A stretch of DNA of 63,990 nucleotides, filler included, from Diploschistes diacapsis (Eukaryota), in NCBI GenBank assembly GCA_023645945.1. It is 5 parts of 5 records of this genome, joined end to end, with 100 filler letters (N's around TTAATTAATTAA, not from the genome) between each part and the next. Parts side by side here need not be neighbours in the genome. Positions count along the whole stretch, not along the records: positions 39,163 to 52,095 come from JALAIB010000704.1; positions 52,196 to 63,990 come from JALAIB010000800.1; 3 more parts are not named here. One strand, 5' to 3'. Under the pieces are notes generated by a model that made no database searches, had not been told where the DNA came from, and saw only the letters and a list, made by a program, of their open reading frames with translations. A program made the position numbers and the translations under genes. Shown here in pieces: positions 51,701-63,990 of this stretch (position 1 is the stretch's first letter; each line of letters opens with the position of its first letter).

Positions 51701-52095
51701 ATGCGGTTTAAGATAGAAATATTAGATAAGAAATCCTTTAAACGATTTAAAAGAACACGGACTGATAATTAATTAGAACTTATCGCAACCCTTTAGGTTC
51801 ACGTTTCTAGAATCTAGTTCCTAATCCTTTTTATATATTTCTACCACTGTCGAACCGGTCGCTATATAGAAATACCCCGAAATAATTTTAGGAATATGTT
51901 TTCTCGCCCGTAGAAGACGGTTTCCAAAAGATAAACCGAGAAACGGCAACCTAAAGTTTAATCGAATCTCCTCGTAATAACTTATTATAATAAAATATTT
52001 CTAGTTAATTCCGTTATTTCCGAGCGTTATTAAGAACTTCTCAAATTCTTTTTCTAAATCTTTACATAAACCGTAAAATGACCGCGATTTCATAT

Positions 52096-52195
52096 NNNNN
52101 NNNNNNNNNNNNNNNNNNNNNNNNNNNNNNNNNNNNNNNTTAATTAATTAANNNNNNNNNNNNNNNNNNNNNNNNNNNNNNNNNNNNNNNNNNNN
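52096..52195. other. Artificial contig linker (N44-TTAATTAATTAA-N44)
   Basis: Identical 100-bp spacer. Confidence 0.98.
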
Positions 52196-52929
52196 GGCTT
52201 TGAGGTGGGTATGATGGGGACTCTGTTATTGTTGTTGTTGTTGTTGTTGGTGGTGGTGGGCGAGGTGAGGAATAGCTCGCAGGCTGGGAAGGTGTCTTCG
52301 AAATCGAGGGCGAAGTCGCCGGGTTCGAATTCTGCTGGGGGCAGGATGGGTTTCGCGACAACTTCGACGGGATTGTAGCTACCTAGGATGGGACTCTCTG
52401 GAAGGTGGTCGGTGTCAGAGTCGAGAGCTAGAGGCAGCGGCCAGGCTTCGTCCTTCTCAAAGGGGTGGCTTGACCCTTCCTCCTGAGACATGGAAAAATT
52501 GTTAGAATCCTCCTCAGTGTCCTGGTCCGTGCCTCCGTTCGAATGATCGCTGGTTACGGGATCATTCGATATCGATCCTTTCTGCAGCAAACGGCTGAAG
52601 AAGCCTCCCGAGGCTCTGTTCCGCGCTCTATTAGATAGTGAAGGATCTCGGGTGGAGTTTTGAGAATCATAGACGTATTGCAGCTGCTCTTCGCTCTCAT
52701 CCGCAACATCCGAGCCTTGATTAGGTTTGCAATCGTATGCATCAATTCGCTTTGACAACCAGGGATTAAGGGCACAGTCTGTTTCTGGCGAAGAAGGCAC
52801 CGAAGTACTCGGTGAGAAGGCCAGTGAGGGCACCGAAGACGGCGACGGAGTGAAGTCTTTGCCATGGATGCTGTCGAACGCACGTTGATCATGAGGAGAG
52901 AGTTGGTTGTACCATTGTTTGTAATCCAT
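52196..52929 (-). CDS. Hypothetical Ser/Asp-rich disordered protein with poly-Thr/Asn, 3'-truncated by contig start
   Basis: Open frame of about 245 codons from ATG 52929 (MDYKQWYNQ) to the linker; no recognisable domain. Confidence 0.55.
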
Positions 52930-53793
52930 CTTCTTCAACTTGAATGTCCTATTCTCCACGCCTGAGCAATATGGAGTTCAACGATTCTCAAGACAGAGTA
53001 ACGTATTTTCTTGCAAGATAAGAAAACTCTAGGCACCGACAAGAACGCTCCGAGAAGAGAGCAAAGCGACTTCATGATGGTAATGCAAGGGTAACAAATA
53101 TATGTGGACTAGTGTATAGACAGGCATGGAAATTCCTTGAGTTGCACGAAGTGTCACTCGGGTGGAGCACGAGGCTAGTACCTGATAGCAATCAATCGTA
53201 CTGCATCCGATAAATTGTGCAGCGACACCGACTAGTCTCAAACCGCCTTGGCGCTGATGGCTGACTTTGTGTTCTGCAAACTTGAGTCCGAAAATACAAA
53301 TACCTTCGAGTACACCTCGATTTGCTCCTGTTTTGAACATTGAATCATGATAAACGGATACTCATCTCGTAGGTGGCAAGCACTATAGCACGAAGGATTT
53401 TGAAAAGAAGCCATCGCACGGGTTCGCACAGATCAGAGAGTTGTTTTCGTCTGGTGTGACTTTATGGAGCTGCACAACACAAGCAGAGTGCAACTTACGC
53501 AGGAAAAACTTGCAACCTATGACCTTCCATTGCTTTTTTTGCATGTTGCCTCATTATTGTATTCCCACAAGTCTGCAAGTTTTCCAAACCCGTATCTTTG
53601 GACCACGTCGTCAGTGCTCGATGCACAGGAAACTGAATCGGGAGTCGCAGTAGTTCAGGGCCGGATCGTGAATTTGACACTAGATGTCTAGATGCGCACA
53701 TACCTCCTTATCCAGGGGTATCTTTGCCGAATACGCTTCAATAGAAGCATGCACCATGCATCAAGTCTAGCCAAGAATATCCAAAAAGAATCC

Positions 53794-55699
53794 TCAAAGT
53801 TTAGGTTTAATTGGTGCGCTTGCTTCCGGATTCTCCACAACATCCCCTTTCTTGCTTTCTTGTCCAAAAAAGATTACCTGCACTGTGAGATCGTCGCGAT
53901 AACGCCGCGAATACGGACTTGGAAGAGACAACAAGGCGCATAGCATATCACCATCGTTTCCACCAAGGGCATTCCTGACAAGGTGCGTGGCAGCGTTCTT
54001 GTCCTCGACAACGAACCTTTGGTCTCCACCTTCAACTTGCCACTGTTCCTGCCTGATTGGTGCTCTCTGACCCTTACCTCGATTCGCTCCTTTCCTCTCT
54101 GAGGCGTGATTCTCAACAGGAAGATTCGACTTCGAGCTGCCAAACCAACTACTGATGCCACCAGTGCTGCCGCTAGAAGTCTGGCGATCTAGCCACTGAC
54201 CAACCAGACCGACAACTTCCTCGTTTGTGAGACATTCCCACAATCCATCTGTAGCCATAACTAAGAAGTCACCATTGCTTGGCTCAACCTTGGTTGTCGT
54301 AATGACAGGCTCAGCAGTGACATATGGTGGCGTCTTTACCAATGATGGGGGCGTTTTGCCGAAAAAAGAGGCCTTTACGTGCATGGCTGTTTCCCGACTC
54401 CATTTGTAAATTGCGTCTCCGAATGCTCTGGTTGGCTCAAGCCCACCAAGTACCCGTCCATTGTGAGTGACATACTGTTCTCCTGGATGCTCTAGTTGTA
54501 AACGCGCAGCTTCTGAAGGAGTCGCTCCCGTCTGATCCTCGGAGAGAGGGCTCGCCGTCCATTTGCCATTGCGCCCTCGCCTACCTAGAACGGCTCGAGA
54601 GTCTCCAGTACATGCGACGCGCAACATGTTAGTTTTGCTGTCATAGAATGACAGTAATGCACAGGACCCGGAAAGGGCAGGTGCTAAAAGTTCCACTGCG
54701 TTACGTTTTGACCTCATCTGCGAAGCTCTCTGAACACTTTCGTGGCAAATCTCATGATCTAATCGCACAAAGCCCTTTCTGATAGCTGTATCGATTGCCT
54801 CTGGTGGCGGAATTTTTGCGGCAGTACCTGCCAATGCATGCTTGTATGCGTCGTTGAGTTCTCTCGTAACGAAGGATATGAGTGTCTGCCGTAATTTGGC
54901 AGATGTTGTCCATCCGCTGCTTTCTTCAGTAAAACCCGGCAACTCTTTGAACCGTCACATACCTATGACCATCAAAAACTCCCCAAAACATCCAGTCAGA
55001 TCCATTCGAGCCGTCTTCTGAATGTAGCGTAGAATCGGGAACGCTGACTATCTTCTCAACATGATCATCCTCGATAGGACTGTTGCTTGCCAACTGCACA
55101 AGATCGTATCTCACCACCCCATGTCCCCTTCCAACAGAGTATGATTGCTGATTTCGCCTCAACTTCTGGGTCGCTTGCTCGGGTGTCAGCATCTCCAGTA
55201 CTAACCGGCCTGACCCATCCACCTCCTTCGATACAGGCTGATCGTCGGGAAGGTCACCGGTGAAGAATTGGTCGTTCTGAACGACGAGTGCGCGACGAAC
55301 AGACTCTGCACTCTCTTCGGGGAAGTCGGAAGCAGAAGAGGCGATGAAAGACGTTCGGGAAGACGACGGAGTGGCGAGCGATGGTAGAGACGAGGGAATT
55401 GAGCTGGTGAAAGCAGTGGTAGTGTTAAAGCGAAGGCCTTTTCCTCCTGGCGAGTCCTTGTATGCGAACCATGCTCCTGAAGCAACCAATGACGAGATCA
55501 CAAAGATGGCCAGGGACCTAAGCTGCATCGATGACTGTAGAGGAGATAGTTGCTGACCCTGAAGGTATGAGAGGCTGCCGACGCGAGGACGTCGTATGAG
55601 ACTGGTTGGCGTGCTGGAGAAAGGTTTGGTAATTAAATGCTTGCGGCCATTCTGGCTATGGCGAGCAGCTCGGAGAGTCTCGAAAGCTGCTCGACGCAT
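53794..55699 (-). CDS. PTC5: Mitochondrial PP2C / pyruvate dehydrogenase phosphatase (Ptc5-like); intron 54917-54962
   Basis: Presequence; 'SNSPIEDD', 'FWGVFDGH|SGWTTS', 'ACTGDSRAVLG', 'PTRAFGD', 'VMATDGLWE', 'YRDDLTVQVIFF'. Confidence 0.92.
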
Positions 55700-56114
55700 T
55701 TGAAGAGATCTACAACTTGGGGCTCACGCGAAGATGACAGGCCAATGTAGCTTTTCCTGACGTTGAAGAAGTATAAATGAGAGAACTTGATATATACAAT
55801 TATACAAGTGGAGGGCCCGAAGCTGTATCCGTCGTACTTCGGCAGTCGGGGAGAATGGAGGTTTGGCGACTTAGGTGGGGGTAGTAAGGGATGTTAGGGG
55901 AATGGTGCTTAGCACATGTTAATTCTATCCACACTGTAGTAAAGTTCGTCACAGTCGTCAGGCAATTTTAAAAAAGAGTTCAAAGGTTGCAATAGACACT
56001 GACCTACTTATGAGCAATCGACCTTTCTATAACACGGTGATGATCTAGCTCTCGTCTAGTTTCCCAAGGACTTGTGTGAGCCAAATCACTATTCAAAGAA
56101 CCGAGGCTAGAATA

Positions 56115-58625
56115 ATGTCCTCGAGGGCCTTGAGAAGACTTCAGAGGGAGGAAGAGGAGCGGAAGCAGCTAGGAGACGAGCAGAATCAGGAACAGTCTTC
56201 AGATGCCGAAGAAGAAGGATCTGGGGACGGAGTAGTTCAGCGACTGTCACAGCCTAAAAAGAATGCCTTCGATTCCCTTAACATGGTTGAAGATGAGGAC
56301 GACGATAGTAATGACGAACCCTTCAATGAGGATCAGAGCAAGGCAACCGGAATCGCCAGTGTTGGTCAACCGCAGGATCATACTCTTACTAGCATAGCCT
56401 CGTCGCAGGCAAAAAGAAAGAAGGCCAAAAAGAAGAAAAAAGTTGTCAAACAAGCAAAGCCTCCAGAGCCTGTGAAGGAGGATGCCAATCTTGACGAGAT
56501 CGACTTAGCGCTAAAGTCTCTGAAGACAGACGATCAGAATGGTACTAGTCCCGAGGAAAGTTCCAGGCCGAATGCTAGCTTGAACGAGCTTTACGAGCTC
56601 CTTTCGATAGATTCTAAGCATCTGAATGCTCTGAACGAAATGAAGAAGCTGTTCGGAAGCACTGTGATAGGGGGTGAAAGGGAAAGTGGCGGAGCTGCTG
56701 CTGGCAGACGGAGAGCGCGTTTTCAGGTTCAGCTAGACTTGGGCGCTGCACTTACTGGCAGAAACAGCCCGATCTCACGCGGTCAAGGCCTAGCAGGTCT
56801 TGCTTTGAGAAGAAACATTTTTGTTCCTGGCAAGGAAAAATGGCCAAAAGCTACAAGCGGAGGTCTAGGCATGGAGCTCGTAGAGAAGGCTTGGGACTTT
56901 ACTACCGAGTACAGATTTGTGCATAGCAGCATATATCAAGGCGTTCAAAAGCAGTTCGATGTCTGCGTTGAGTCAATGGATCCACAAAGAATGATCCAGC
57001 TTCTCCAACTGAACCGTAAGCATCGATCAACCCCTCTCTGTCTTGCCTACTGATATCAAAATATAGCGTATCATATCTCAACCCTCCTGCAAGTCGCCGA
57101 AATAGCAAAGCATCAAGGGGATCAAGCTGTTTCAGTAGACCTTCTCGAACGCGCTCTTTTCACTTTTGGTCGGTCGGTTCACTCCTCATTTCACACAGCG
57201 CTCTCGCAAGGGAAAGCGCGACTGGACTTCCGCCGACCCGAAAACCGCGAATTCTGGCTTGCGGCCTACCAATACATAGGGGCACTGGGACAGAGAGGGA
57301 CCTGGAGGACGGCTTTCGAATGGGCAAAGCTACTACTGAGCCTTGACCCGGAGCTTGACCCGTATTCTATGAGGCTAGTCATTGACCAGCTTGCGATCAG
57401 AGGTGGGCAGTTCGAGCCTCTAGTAAAATTAGCGAATGTCCCAAGTCACGTTGTTGATTGGGGCCAGCACTCCCCGAATGTTCTGCTGTCTCTCGCCATG
57501 GCCCATCATAAACTGAAAAATCCTGAAAAGGCCAACGAGACACTTCACTCGGCAGTCGAGACGTATCCCTGGGTACTGGCACGGCTATACAAGGAATTGG
57601 ATATCGAACCAATTCCAAAATCCATATGGGGCAGGCAAGCACGGACGGATCGAGAAGAGCTGTTGTCTACTGCTTATGTACTACGCGCAAAGGACGTTTG
57701 GAACACGCCAGAAGCTCTTTCACTGCTAAAAAGTGTTGTTGAATCTGCAGACCGTGTTGAACCTCCTCCTGCCGAGTCTACGGAGATATCCCTGAACGAA
57801 GCTCGCCATATCATTTTGTCGGAACTTCCTGCCCTTATCGCTCTTGTGCCGCGCTCCATTACTAACCTACGCTCATCTTCTTCCGATCCTCTGCCTCCGG
57901 AGGACAATGTGCCATCTTACAGCTTTACTTATGGGTCGGAAGACGACGTGTTCGAGGAAATAATGCATGCGGACGAGCGGGAATTTCAAGGCATTCGATC
58001 CTGGTTTACTGGCATGCTGTCGCGCATAGGTGAGAACATCAACCTCACTAATGGAAATGCTGACCAAGACGATTTCCCCATTAATGAGGTTGCCGAAGCG
58101 CTGGAGAATTCCGGTGTGGACATCAATGAACTGGCGTCAACGACCAACCGCCTCGAAGAGCTTCGCGAACGGCAGCTTGCGGCTGAGCAGCGCCTACGAA
58201 CCTTGGAGAGCGATCTCAACGATATCGATACGCGCGCACGAGGAACAGGTCTAATGGACGAAAGTGCGCCAGCGCCAATCGTGAACCAAACATCGAATGA
58301 AAGAGAAGCAACCTCGACAGAAGCCCAGATTACTTCCAGCCAGGAGGCACATTCTAGCTCCGGGGGATACGATGATGAAGCCAATCAACGTTGGCTAGCA
58401 GGTAGGGGCATGTTGCGTCTCAAAGACTTCATTGCGCAGCATGGATCCGACGAGAATACATGGAAGGATAATCTCGACGTTGATGTTACACCAGCCACCG
58501 AGTATGCACATAGGATAACGCAGCTGCAGAAGAGGACTTCAAAGGATTGGATTCTTAATACCCCCTTGAAGCAGGGTGCAGGTGCAGAAGCAACGGACCT
58601 GATCAAGCGACTCATTGGTGCTTGA
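56115..58625 (+). CDS. RQC1: Ribosome quality control subunit Rqc1 / TCF25 (Nulp1) family; intron 57016-57066
   Basis: 'MSSRALRRLQ', 'HLNALNEMKKLFG', spliced 'NPYHISTLLQV', 'LLERALFTFG', 'LDFRRPENREFWL', 'RGTWRTAFEWAKLLLSLDP'. Confidence 0.9.
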
Positions 58626-58855
58626 TAGATACCCCCGAGAATGCTCTGCATAGCGAGGCCGGTGTTGGTTTCTTGAATAAATATTTGTATGATGTATGGT
58701 GTTCATGGAATGGTCTATAATAAAGTGTCAAAGCACTTACAATATCCGAAAATCAACAATTACTAGTCAAAATTCTTGAAGTGAGGCCAGCTTCATGATA
58801 CAAATTTTGTACAGTTGTAACTCATCATTCGTCATTCGTCTGACTCGTCCTCCAT

Positions 58856-60271
58856 TTACTCGTCCTCCTCCGCATCACTATTGCCTTCACCCCCTCCTCC
58901 CCCCTCGTCTTCTTCTTCATCCTCCTCATCACTCGTCCCACTACCTTCACTCTCCCCTTCCGTCCCAGGATCGAAATTCTCATCCTCCTCGTCGTCCTCG
59001 TCATCGTCCGCCCGCATTTCCGCCTCCTTATGCGCCTTCGCCAACTCCCCTTCCCCGTCTTCCTCTTCTCCGCCCCCCCCATCCTCCTTCTTCACCCCAT
59101 TGACATTGTACTTCTTCGCCCTCCGCGCCTCCGCCAAACTAGCATCTTGCAAGCCGTGGCGCTTGATGTAGGCGTCAATACCGGCAAAGTCAGCCTGATC
59201 GAGCATGGAGAACTCGTGGTCCTGGGGCGCAGAGTCGGCGGAGGAGCGGGCAGAGATGACGAGGTTGAAAGTGCGTTGCAAGATGGAGGTGTAGGAGATG
59301 GAGTCGATGACGGGGAAAGAGAAGTGGGTCAGGGGCTTCTTGAAGCCCCAGAGGATGCCGTGCGGGAGGAAGAAGAGGTAGCCTGTGTATATTACGTTAG
59401 AAATAGGATGACAGGCGTGTTGTTGTTAGAAAGACATACCGTCTTTGTTCCCTTTAAAACCCTTGACGTGATATGCCTTCTCGCCTTTCCTCCCCGCCGG
59501 TGCAATCGCGCTCACGAATTCCTTCTCGTCCGGCTGTTGCGGTGTGCATTTGGCACTTGTTAGGCGCTCGATTATCTTCTGTGTTTGTGTATGTTCTTCT
59601 TCCGCAGCGCCTTTCGGCCTCGTATCCGCCGCGGCCCACACCATGGTCTCGTACTGATTTCCTCCCTCCGGCACAGGCGTAATGCCATCTCCTCCCTTCG
59701 GAAACACGCAGAAGTTCCTTTGCGGCTGCGCCTTCTCGGGCACTGGCAGACATATGACATGCTCCACCTCCGGCCAGGGTATACCGAACTCGGGGTTACT
59801 TGAGTTGGGGGCAGTCGCGCGTATCCCCTCCGATTTTCTATTTGATGAGATTTGCAGGTTCAGCTTCTTGCGCTGAGGGACTGAGAACGAGATGCCTTCG
59901 AAGATCTTAGCAGCTCTCCATGGGCCATTGATTGAGGCCCCGCCCTCTTGCAGGTTTGGCGACGCGCTGTCGTTCAATTTCCGCTTCTTAGTGATGAGAC
60001 CATTGCTCTTGGCATCGTCTTCGGTGGCGCCCTCGATCTGCCGCCGGAGGTCCAAGACATAATCTGCTATTTCGATAAAGACTTCTCTGGCGGTATTAGG
60101 CAGCTTTTTCTCGGAAACTAGGGTGAGCAGGTGTTAGCATTGCTTTGGGGACAATCCTAGTAGAGCATGGCACTTACGGAGAGCAGGAAATACATTTTCG
60201 ATCTTTTGCTTCAGGTCAGGACGCTTTGTAAAAGCGCGTTGAATGTTGTCCGGTAATCTGGAATCCACCAT
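58856..60271 (-). CDS. RTT106: Histone chaperone Rtt106 (3 exons)
   Basis: '[11 protein letters not shown]', 'CLPVPEK', '[24 protein letters not shown]', '[12 protein letters not shown]', '[10 protein letters not shown]', acidic tail. Confidence 0.92.
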
Positions 60272-61386
60272 GATCCTAACAATATATTTCGTTGTAATGA
60301 ATATCGAAGAAGTAACTCCAGCGGGTCAAAAATTCACTTTAAAGAAACGACATAAGAGACGTCAGGCTTGGCGATCTTACAGGGGATTTGAGCTCGCTCA
60401 ATAGAGCAACAGAAGCATTCGTAGAGAATATTTTCTTCCGCGCGCAACAAATCCAGCCAAGGTCATTTGTACAAAAGCCATAAAGAGGCTACCAGTAAAT
60501 GAATAAGAACAGACTTCGCCAGTTGACTACATATATGCACGAGGCGGTCATTCAACAGCCTTCAGATAAGACGCTCATCCGTTCAGCTTCAAGATTAGGT
60601 CTGAATATATCTAAGTATGAATAGTATCCAGCAAGCTCTTGTTAGATTATATTAATCAGAGAATAGGAGTAGTTAACTATCTTAACCCTAACTTAGCTTA
60701 AGCTAGCCGGCTTCAACTAGGTAATATTCAGGAGTAAACATAATTTGCACAATACAACTTTTTACTAAACCTGACGAGCTTGTATATCGGACTACAATAG
60801 CTTCCATGCTACTGTCACTTACCGTAAACAAATCTTCCGAAATAGAATAGCATTGCTCAGATAGAGGAAACTCCATGGCTAAGTGAAGCTTACCCCCTGC
60901 ACGTATTCTAACTGTCCAAGTATGCTGTGTTTTCTGAAAGATGTTATTGTTTCTCTTTATGCTTCTTATTGTTCATTCATGGGCTCTCGAGGCCGCTTCC
61001 ATGGCATTGGGTTGCATTCCCTGCCATCTGGGCCTTCTGTTGTACGTTATCATCTATACCGTTCTATTCTCACAGCGTTGTTCCTATTGACCAGAATGGC
61101 AGCTATTGAGCCCATGAGAAGCCTCAGGAACAGGTAGGTTATATTTCTCTTTCTCTTCGCTGTGTAGCATCTTTCGCTCTTCAGCTTTTGGATTCTCAGC
61201 AAACTCCATCTTCTGTGACGTCTTTTGTAAAAACTGGGCCTTTGATATCACCTGCGTTGTCTTTGCTTGAACATAATTCGCTTCATATCTTAATATCTTC
61301 TCCCAGTCGCCGGCCGACTCGCTCTGCAGTAATCGTTCAGTGTCTTATCGTCTGTCAGGACAAATACCTTCTTTCAATCTTGCAAA

Positions 61387-62167
61387 ATGCCGCCTATGCA
61401 GATTTTCCCAGACGCAGCGGCCGCAGAGAGACATCTACGGCAGGAGAGAAACAGAATCGCCCAACACCATGGCCATGTGCCGAGGATCGATGAGGTGCAA
61501 GAGGATCGGTATGCTCGAAACCACCAACTGGACATTAATGAGACGAGACAAGAGCACTATGCCCACTTGACTCGAGTACAGCTGGAAATAGCGGCAGCCA
61601 CCATTCACCTAGATAGGGAAGTGCTACGCGAGGCGAATACCGCAGTAGTCCTCGAGAAAGGAAGAGCTGTCGCGGTGTGGAAAGATAGAGCCGAGCAATC
61701 CCAGGCAGCAGAGACCGCGGCAAAGAAGGAGATCGTGGAGCTGAAGAGGGAGGTCGAAATACTGAGAGCAAGAGTGGCGCCAAGAGAGCTGGACAAGGAG
61801 AACGAGAGATTGAGGGCAGAGCTGAGAGGCGCAGAAGATGCGCTGGGGAGACGTAAGTTCGCTCATCAGCCTTTCCCTACCCGAACCAGATCCAAAGCTG
61901 ACAAATGAATTAACAGACAAAGCCACCCACACTTGCCGCGTAAAGAAAGTAGAAAAGCAGAGGAAGGCGAAGGAAGCTGCCCAGAGACGGCGGTCGATCG
62001 AGGAGCAAGCCAACAATCTGCTGGCGGCCGTAGGCACTAACCTTACTCATGTTCGCCATCCTCGTGCTCCTCGTGCTCCAGCAGCGGCTACAGTGGGACT
62101 AGCAAGTCAGAGGGCGGGAAGGGGAACGAGAGCGGGCCCTTATGTGGCCGGAATGTACAAGGTCTGA
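61387..62167 (+). CDS. Hypothetical coiled-coil protein (probable intron near 61853-61917)
   Basis: 173-aa ORF with heptad E/K/R pattern; gtaagt donor, ctgac branch, cag acceptor; downstream basic exon ending 62167. Confidence 0.5.
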
Positions 62168-63652
62168 GTGGGAGCGGGTTGGAAACTGTTCTCACGCGCT
62201 CATTTTCTCTTTCGACGTCGACCTGGGATATGAATGTTGGTCTAGTATGGCGTCGTCTCGCGGCGGCTTTTTGGTGGTTGACTGGGTTGACTCTGTTCTC
62301 CTATGTCTCGTGCGGTGTTATTTGCGGTTCGCTTGGCTTTTCGAGATGCTGGGTGTGGTGCGACGGTGGTTGCTTTGGGAAGGTTGACTGGGCTTTCTGG
62401 CGTTGCTCTGGTTTTGCAGTTTCTGCTATCCTATTTACTCGGTCTTGGGAGGGTTTGTCTTCGCGCTTTCTTCGGCTGATGTCTGCTGCTGGTTGGCCTG
62501 GTGGGTGCAGTTTGGCTGTCTTCTCGTGCGACTTCTAGGCGCTGAGCTGATAGCTGTTCTGTGTTCGACCTAGTTGCCCGGCATGTATGCTTTGAGAGCG
62601 CGGACAGTCACCTTTGATCTTATGTTTAGTCTTTACTTAGGTTAGTTGTTTTTTGGAGCTGTTGCTGGTTTGTTCTGAAGTCGCCGTGATACGGCCAACC
62701 GCCAGCTCTGCCATCGCTGTACCCAATAACGAACTTTCCAAAAGCCATTGAATCTGCGTCCAAAAATTCCACGAAACTGGACTTCATCATCGACCGGCAC
62801 TGTGTCACCCCTCGTACCAACCTTAAGCACACGCTGTATGGCGCAATACCTGCTTGATAAGCGGCAACCCTGCCTTGGCATGCAAGTGTGATTCGATTGC
62901 ATAGCTACAGATTTATAAGCTTTTCGGGTTTAAGGCTTGATTTCGTAGTGAAACCACACAGGCATCATGTGACATGTGACAACATAAGATGTTGCAAGAC
63001 CGCATAAAAGACAAGGGCGAACATTCATAGCATAAAGATCTTACAGACCTCAAACTGCATCTTACAGATCCGACGCTGTAACAACAGTACTCTCAACCTC
63101 AACCCGAGTCCAGTCAGCAGCCAGGTAAGTCCTTCATCCTAAGAAACCTACCCCCCCCCTTCACCCCACCCCACACCACCAGCAGTGGGATATGAATAGG
63201 ACAAAGCACCGAGAATAAAGGAGACAAGCGCAGCGCTTAAGTCCGCTTAGAGAAGTGGACTATCCAGATAGGCCTTTGGAGCCTACTTCGGCGCAGCTGC
63301 TCCTGCCTCCCCAAACTTCCCGCCCTCCTATATTCATCCATTCCTGTCCACCTGCTTACCGTCTTATTCCTATACTAACCAAGCACCGCACCAGGCCACC
63401 TAACCGCCTTCCGCGTTTACACCGGAACTACATAAAGCTCACGAACTGTAGTGTACAACAACCCCCCCCTCCTCCCACACTTCGTTCCCCCGATCCACAG
63501 TCAGTCTCCATCCTTCACGCCGCCTCTCCCACACCAATCGACATCTTCTTGATTTTTCCGCTCCCAGCTACAAAAAGGACCCCTCTCTCCCGGCCTACCC
63601 ACTTTCATTCCGGCCAAAACAAAGCTAGCAAGCAAGCAAGCCCAAAATAAAA

Positions 63653-63959
63653 ATGTCCGAGCACAACTACAAGTTCGACGTGCAAATGAACTGCTCCGGC
63701 TGCTCCGGCGCCATCGAGCGCGTGCTCAAGAAAATGGACGGTAATCAGCCCATAAAACCCCTTCCGAACAGCATGCCAAAAAACTGCACGCTAACCCCCC
63801 ACCGCAGGCGTCAAATCCTACACCGTCTCCCTGGAGTCGCAGACGGCCGACGTCGTGGCCGATGCCTCACTCGAGTACGCGACCGTGCTGGAGAAGATCA
63901 AGAAGACGGGCAAGACGGTCAAGGGGGCGACGGCGGATGGGGAGACGATGGCGGTTTGA
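63653..63959 (+). CDS. ATX1: Copper metallochaperone Atx1 (HMA domain); intron 63741-63807
   Basis: 'YKFDVQMNCSGCSGAIERVLKK', then 'GVKSYTVSLESQTA..VLEKIKKTGK'. Confidence 0.95.
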
Positions 63960-63990
63960 AGGGGGAGGGGAAGTTGGAATAGTGCTTGGG

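Larger units (their letters stand above)
39163..52095. mobile_element. RIP-inactivated multi-gene repeat block (interior of a large cargo-carrying element or segmental duplication)
   Basis: Whole 12.9-kb contig is AT-rich with TpA excess and CpG retained; no ORF over 100 aa; many TAA/TAG/TGA stops that revert to Gln/Trp/Arg codons in long coding-like frames with introns. Confidence 0.65.

Noticed and set aside
39163..52095. AT-rich contig as mitochondrial, bacterial or alternative-genetic-code DNA
   Set aside because: All three stop types interrupt the frames, spliceosomal introns are present and CpG is retained while CpA/TpG is lost, which fits RIP of nuclear DNA.

Overview
Eukaryotic DNA from a filamentous ascomycete (Pezizomycotina-type GT..CTRAY..YAG introns and RIP-like mutation). 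The window is not one locus. It is five contigs joined by artificial 100-bp linkers (44 N + TTAATTAATTAA + 44 N), and the three complete internal contigs fall in descending size (12953, 12952, 12933 bp), so neighbours across linkers mean nothing biologically. Contigs 1, 2, 3 and 5 hold mostly ordinary genes: a CHZ-motif protein, TBC Rab-GAP, CFEM/GPI protein, acyltransferase-3, NUFIP1/Rsa1, RPC25, SPT2, RPP2, RPS15, cystathionine gamma-lyase, SART-1/Snu66, a 2H phosphoesterase, Ypd1, mitochondrial aspartate aminotransferase, Mnn11-like GT34, Ptc5-like PP2C, Rqc1, Rtt106 and Atx1. They also carry a RIPped pogo/Fot1-type transposon end, a frameshifted CorA-like gene and a few orphan ORFs. Contig 4 (39163-52095) is the most interesting part. 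It is AT-rich, full of RIP-type stops and has no intact ORF. Reading through the stops by eye gives a dense set of formerly spliced genes: a large acidic protein with a Ulp1/C48 SUMO-protease domain, a J-domain (HPD) protein, a secreted GPI-like 30-aa-repeat protein and a coiled-coil protein, plus a 22/44-bp tandem array. I saw no transposase, RT or recombinase. It looks like the interior of a large multi-copy cargo-carrying element or a segmental duplication silenced by RIP. All calls are from motif recognition by eye; no database searches were run.
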